Origin: Candidatus Puniceispirillum sp.
GTDB lineage: Bacteria; Pseudomonadota; Alphaproteobacteria; Puniceispirillales; Puniceispirillaceae
Assembly: GCA_016780525.1 (NCBI GenBank)
Contig: JADHLR010000001.1
Span: 1-51,603, forward strand
Length of the DNA stretch: 51,603 nt
Direction: 5' to 3'
The notes under the pieces: model-generated
The model's input: the letters and a program-made list of their open reading frames with translations, nothing else
The model's database searches: none
Told to the model about the DNA's origin: nothing
Shown: one piece after another, positions 47,502 through 51,603 of the stretch
How positions within the stretch are numbered: the stretch's first letter is position 1
Layout of the letters: each line of letters starts with the position of its first letter
Program-made: the position numbers and the translations under genes

Positions 47502-48662
47502 ATGCAGATTTGTAAAGCCATTCGTCGTCATCTTTTACCGGCATTTATGCTGTTGCTTTGCAGCCTGTTGCCGGCACATAGCCATGAAATGCGGCCGGCC
47601 ATTGGCGATATTACCGTGTCGTCAGCACAGGTTTCGGTGACCCTCCGGTTTAATGCTGAACTGTTTTTGGCCGATATTGATGCCAGCCAGATAACAGATA
47701 GCGATGACGCGCCGACGGCGGCTATTTATGATGATATGCGGCAATTACCACCGGCCGCGCTGCGCGACGCATTTATGCAGAAATGGCCCGCCTTTGCAGC
47801 CCTGATCAATGCCAGGGCAGGCGGCGAGCGATTGCGTTTTGAACTTGTCGATTTTTCCAGCCAGACCGATATTGATGTCAGCCTGCCGCGCACCAGTACC
47901 GCCATCATCACCGCACCGATGCCAGCCCATGCGACAGATCTGCGCTTTGGCTGGGATGCGCGGCTTGGCGATCTGATTTTACGGCAAATGGCCGACCCAT
48001 CGATCGACCCGGAAAACCTCTATACCGGTCTGCTGAATAATGGCAGCCAAAGCCCGGCCATCAGCCCGCGTGGCGTGGCGGCGCAGCCGGTATCGGCGGT
48101 GATCATCAACTATATTGAAATTGGCTTTATCCACATTATTCCGCGTGGTTTCGACCATATATTATTTGTGCTGGGATTGTTTTTCTATGCCGCCCGCTGG
48201 CGTCCGCTGCTGCTCCAGATCACCATTTTCACCATTGCCCACAGCCTGACTCTGTCACTGGCATCAGGCGGTCTGGTCAGCGTGCCGGCACCCATTGTTG
48301 AACCGATCATTGCCGCGTCGATTGCCTATGTCGCGCTGGAAAATATATGGCGACAAAAGCTGCATATGTCGCGCTTGCTGATTATTTTTCTGTTCGGCCT
48401 GATACACGGCCTTGGCTTTGCCTCGGTGCTGGCAGAGATTGGCCTGCCAAGCGGTGATTTTCTGCTCAGTCTGATCAGCTTTAATGTTGGTGTCGAGCTG
48501 GGCCAGATTGCGGTGATTGCCGCCGCATTTATGCTGCGGCTGTGTCTGCCGCTATCGCCGGACCGCTATCGCCGGATCATCGCCATTCCGGCATCCTGTA
48601 TGATTGGCGCCACCGGCATATGGATCGTGATCGAGCGGGTGAGCGCAATCCTGCTGGCATAA
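47502..48662 (+). CDS. HupE/UreJ-family membrane protein with N-terminal soluble domain
   Basis: Signal peptide AHS|HEMRP, plus GFIHIIPRGFDHILFVLGL, FTIAHSLTL, FGLIHGLGFA and FNVGVELGQ. Start at 47502 or 47475. Confidence 0.87.
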   Translation: MQICKAIRRHLLPAFMLLLCSLLPAHSHEMRPAIGDITVSSAQVSVTLRFNAELFLADIDASQITDSDDAPTAAIYDDMRQLPPAALRDAFMQKWPAFAALINARAGGERLRFELVDFSSQTDIDVSLPRTSTAIITAPMPAHATDLRFGWDARLGDLILRQMADPSIDPENLYTGLLNNGSQSPAISPRGVAAQPVSAVIINYIEIGFIHIIPRGFDHILFVLGLFFYAARWRPLLLQITIFTIAHSLTLSLASGGLVSVPAPIVEPIIAASIAYVALENIWRQKLHMSRLLIIFLFGLIHGLGFASVLAEIGLPSGDFLLSLISFNVGVELGQIAVIAAAFMLRLCLPLSPDRYRRIIAIPASCMIGATGIWIVIERVSAILLA

Positions 48663-48789
48663 GCGGTTCATCTGCCTGAAGCAGCGCAATTATAACGGCC
48701 AGCGCTTCACGGTGGTCGGCGGTGAGGGATTTTAGGTCTTTCTTGAAAAGCGAACTTAGAGTGATGCCTCTGGGTTCAGTCCGCGTCAT
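48660..48789 (-). pseudogene. Truncated YafQ-family (RelE superfamily) toxin
   Basis: MTRTEPRGITLSSLFKKDLK...LAVIIALLQADEPL matches the YafQ N-terminus and overlaps the antitoxin stop. Similarity ends at the hupE stop codon, and the DHxL/RECH catalytic half is absent. Confidence 0.78.
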
Positions 48790-49030
48790 CAAATAATTCT
48801 TCTACGCTGTTAACCCTAATGCCCTTGCCTGTCTCTAGCTCCTCGATTGCCGCAATGGTCTCGGCATTCGGAATTTTGACCTCAAAAGGCAGGCCACGTT
48901 GCTGAACAACCTGATACAGAAACAGACGCATGGCTTCAGACGAAGACAGCCCAATCTTTTTCAAAATAGCTTCCGCCTCGCTTTTGAGTGCAGGCTCAAC
49001 GCGGGCACGAATTGTCTCGGTTCTGGCCAT
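48776..49030 (-). CDS. RelB/DinJ family antitoxin
   Basis: RHH IRARVEPALKSEAEAIL...GLSSSEAMRLFL, plus GLPFEVKIPNAETIAAIEE and SVEELFDD. Confidence 0.92.
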   Translation of the reverse strand: MARTETIRARVEPALKSEAEAILKKIGLSSSEAMRLFLYQVVQQRGLPFEVKIPNAETIAAIEELETGKGIRVNSVEELFDDAD

Positions 49031-49054
49031 AACATTCTCCGTGGCAAGTCATAG

Positions 49055-49076
49055 ATGTAGCACATGTGCGCTACAT
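49055..49076. promoter_or_regulatory. Inverted-repeat operator upstream of the antitoxin (autorepression candidate)
   Basis: ATGTAGC-N8-GCTACAT, which also contains the palindrome GCACATGTGC. Lies ~25 nt upstream of the antitoxin ATG. Confidence 0.65.
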
Positions 49077-49198
49077 ATTCAAGGCCTCAGACGAGGCCAG
49101 TCTGTTGTGATTCAGCGGGGCACCGAAAAAATGCGACGAAAGACACAGCTTATAAAGGAACAGATGTTAACGGAAAAGAACACTACCTAAACCATCCG

Positions 49199-49274
49199 GT
49201 GATCGGGATCACTACAATCCCATCACGAAAAACAACATATATCCTGCTCGAGTAACTGTGATGGTAATCACAGT
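49199..49274. promoter_or_regulatory. Two GTGAT-N4-ATCAC palindromes (CRP/FNR-family-like sites)
   Basis: GTGAT-CGGG-ATCAC (49199-49212) and ACTGTGAT-GGTA-ATCACAGT (49255-49274). The second is a perfect TGTGA-N6-TCACA. Confidence 0.55.
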
Positions 49275-49324
49275 CCGTGATTTGTCAATAAACCGGAATT
49301 TTTGGGAGAATCACAAATGCCCCG

Positions 49325-50485
49325 CTAAAAACAGCTTTCCAGCAATGCCCGGGTGTTTGCTGCGGTCATTTCGCGCGGGTTGCCGCCGGCGCTTGGATCG
49401 GTCAGTGCGGCGGCGACGATCCGTTCAAGATCAGCATCACCCAGATCAGCCAGCCCCAATTCGGTCAGGTTTTTTGGAATATTGAGCTGCTTCACCAGAC
49501 CGCCAACAAAGTCATAAAAACCGTCAAACCCGCCTTCGATGCCAAGATACCGCGCCGCGTCCGCAAACCGGCTTTCAATCATGCTGCTGTTAAACCGCAT
49601 CACCGCCTGCATCACAACCGCATTGGTGGTGCCATGATGGGTATGATAAATCGCCCCGATCGGATGTGACAGGGCATGGATCGCACCCAGACCTTTTTGA
49701 AAAGCGGTTGCCCCCATCATCGCCGCGCTCATCATATGCGCACGCCCGGTGATATCGCCCGGATTTTCATAAACCGCGGTCAGATTTTCCTTCACCAACC
49801 GCATGCCTTCGAGCGCGATACCCTGGCTCATCGGGTGGTAATGCGGCGATGAAAATGCCTCAAGACAATGTGCAAACGCATCCATGCCCGTACCGGCGGT
49901 GATAAAATCCGGCATTCCGACGGTCAGTTGCGGGTCGCAGATCACCACAGTTGGCAATATTTTCGGATGGAAGATAATTTTCTTTTCGGCTGTTTGCGCA
50001 TTGGTAATGACCGAGGCGCGCCCCACTTCTGATCCGGTGCCGGCGGTTGTCGGCACCGCAATAATTGGCGCGATGACATCGGCATTCGCGCGCGTCCACC
50101 AATCGCCAATATCCTCAAAATCCCAGACCGGACGGGTTTGCCCGGCCATAAAGGCAACCATCTTGCCAAGGTCAAGACCCGAGCCGCCACCAAAAGCAAT
50201 CACCCCATCATGCTGCCCGGCTTTATAAGCCTGCAAGCCAGCCTCCATATTGATCTCGGTCGGGTTGGGGTCAACCTCGGCAAACAGCGCCGCCTCTACC
50301 CCGGCACCGGCAAGGATGGCCAGCGCATTTTGCGTGATTGGCAAATCCGCCAGCCCTTTATCAGTGACCAGCAGCGGTTTTTTGATACCGGCCTGATGAC
50401 ATGCGGCTGCCAGTTCGGCAATGCGCCCGGCGCCAAACCAGATTGTTGTCGGATAAGACCAGTTGCTTGTTAATGTCGTCATCAT
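49325..50485 (-). CDS. Iron-containing (group III) alcohol dehydrogenase
   Basis: AFGGGSGLD, VPTTAGTGSEVG, GMDAFAHCLE and LGAIHALSH...THHG. Confidence 0.93.
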   Translation of the reverse strand: MMTTLTSNWSYPTTIWFGAGRIAELAAACHQAGIKKPLLVTDKGLADLPITQNALAILAGAGVEAALFAEVDPNPTEINMEAGLQAYKAGQHDGVIAFGGGSGLDLGKMVAFMAGQTRPVWDFEDIGDWWTRANADVIAPIIAVPTTAGTGSEVGRASVITNAQTAEKKIIFHPKILPTVVICDPQLTVGMPDFITAGTGMDAFAHCLEAFSSPHYHPMSQGIALEGMRLVKENLTAVYENPGDITGRAHMMSAAMMGATAFQKGLGAIHALSHPIGAIYHTHHGTTNAVVMQAVMRFNSSMIESRFADAARYLGIEGGFDGFYDFVGGLVKQLNIPKNLTELGLADLGDADLERIVAAALTDPSAGGNPREMTAANTRALLESCF

Positions 50486-51603
50486 AAAACCTTTTTCATA
50501 TGATAGGATTTTGGGCGTGTCAGATTATGAAAGCCAATTTCCGACAGGCTGCCACCACGCCCGGTATCTTTGCAGCCGGTCCAGCACAAGGCCGGATCAA
50601 GATAGTCACAACGGTTCATAAATACCGTGCCGGTGTCGAGCTGGTCGGCAATATGCGTGGCGCGGTCAAGATCCGGCGTCCACAGCGCGGCAGTCAACCC
50701 GTATTGGCTGTCATTCATCAATGCAATGGCTTCAGCGTCATTACGCACTTTCATGATGCCAACCACCGGGCCAAAGCTTTCTTCCTGCATGACCGGCATG
50801 CTGTGATCAACATCAAGCAGAATTTGCGGCATCAGATAGGCCCCCTTATTTGCAGGGAATCTGGCTGGGTCGATCAGTGCTTTGGCACCGCGGCTGATGG
50901 CATCATCAGTCTGCGCCCGCACCAATGCGGCAAATCTTGCATGCGCCATTGGCCCCAAACTGGTGTCGCTGTCCAGCGGATTGCCCAGCTGATAGCTGTT
51001 GACGATGGCCACGGCAATTTCAACAAACTGATCAAAAACCGCCTCGGCAACATAGATACGTTCAATACCGCAGCAGCATTGACCGGAATTAAACATCGCC
51101 CCGTCGATCAGCGTTTCGGCCGCCGCCTGAATATCGGCATCATCCATGACATAGCCCGGGTCCTTGCCACCAAGCTCAAGCCCAAGCCCGGTAAAACTGC
51201 CAGCGGCCGCCTGTTCGATGGCGCGGCCACCCTGCACCGACCCGGTGAAATTCACAAAGCCAAATGACTTATCAGCAATCAGTTGCGCTGTTGTCGCATG
51301 GTCAAGATACAGATTCTGGAACACCGCCTCTGGCACCCCGGCTACGTGAAACGCCCGTGCCAGCCGTTCACCAACCAACAGCGTTTGTGTGGCATGTTTC
51401 AACAACACCACATTGCCAGCGATCAAGGCCGGGGCCACCGCATTGATCGCCGTCATATAGGGGTAATTCCACGGCGCAATGACCAGCACCGCCCCATGCG
51501 GAACCCGTTTGATATAACGCTGGAACTGGTCACTATCCTCAATGCTGATCGGCGCCAGCGCGCTGGCGGCGATATCCGCCATATGGTTTGCGCGCTCCTG
51601 AAA
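50482..51603 (-). CDS. Aldehyde dehydrogenase family protein, 5' end beyond window
   Basis: IAPWNYP, FTGSVQGG, LELGGKDP, FNSGQCCCGIER and EESFGP. The frame stays open to the window end (FQERANHMADIA). ATGA overlap with the ADH gene. Confidence 0.93.
   Translation of the reverse strand, partial: FQERANHMADIAASALAPISIEDSDQFQRYIKRVPHGAVLVIAPWNYPYMTAINAVAPALIAGNVVLLKHATQTLLVGERLARAFHVAGVPEAVFQNLYLDHATTAQLIADKSFGFVNFTGSVQGGRAIEQAAAGSFTGLGLELGGKDPGYVMDDADIQAAAETLIDGAMFNSGQCCCGIERIYVAEAVFDQFVEIAVAIVNSYQLGNPLDSDTSLGPMAHARFAALVRAQTDDAISRGAKALIDPARFPANKGAYLMPQILLDVDHSMPVMQEESFGPVVGIMKVRNDAEAIALMNDSQYGLTAALWTPDLDRATHIADQLDTGTVFMNRCDYLDPALCWTGCKDTGRGGSLSEIGFHNLTRPKSYHMKKVL

Noticed and set aside
294-51446. 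Numerous antisense and alternate-frame ORFs (e.g. 21049..21771, 34563..35240, 50500..51267)
   Set aside because: They are shadows of well-supported genes in GC-rich DNA and carry no motifs.

Overview
Gene-dense window from an alphaproteobacterium. Gene content and style suggest a marine SAR116/Puniceispirillales-like genome, but this is an inference only. From left to right it holds: an RND efflux pair cut by the window edge, a GMC oxidoreductase, pyrE, typA, an arsC/aquaporin arsenic pair, and a complete phosphate cluster (ppk1-ppx-phoR-pstSCAB-phoU-phoB) with recognisable Pho boxes. Then come glk, pccBA, and a ~14 kb catabolic island (26.2-40.3 kb). The right end has a beta-oxidation trio, a DUF1989 protein, a DUF4198/HupE-UreJ pair, a broken dinJ-yafQ-type toxin-antitoxin module and an ALDH/Fe-ADH pair cut by the edge. 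The best candidate for an undescribed system is the island. It contains a LysR-divergent operon for a non-canonical four-subunit succinate-dehydrogenase-like complex: no covalent-FAD His, altered substrate-binding residues, and four candidate heme His in the anchors. That operon also encodes a two-subunit class I fumarase-like hydratase with altered active-site motifs. Next to it lie an itaconate-type Ict/Ccl/Ich/PrpD module, a ThDP lyase-like enzyme, a ketopantoate-reductase-family enzyme and a binding-fold protein with no signal peptide. Together these suggest a pathway for a succinate analogue, with methylsuccinate -> mesaconate -> citramalate as the lead hypothesis. No rRNA, tRNA, CRISPR array or intact mobile element was recognised. 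All family calls come from motif recognition by eye; no searches were run.
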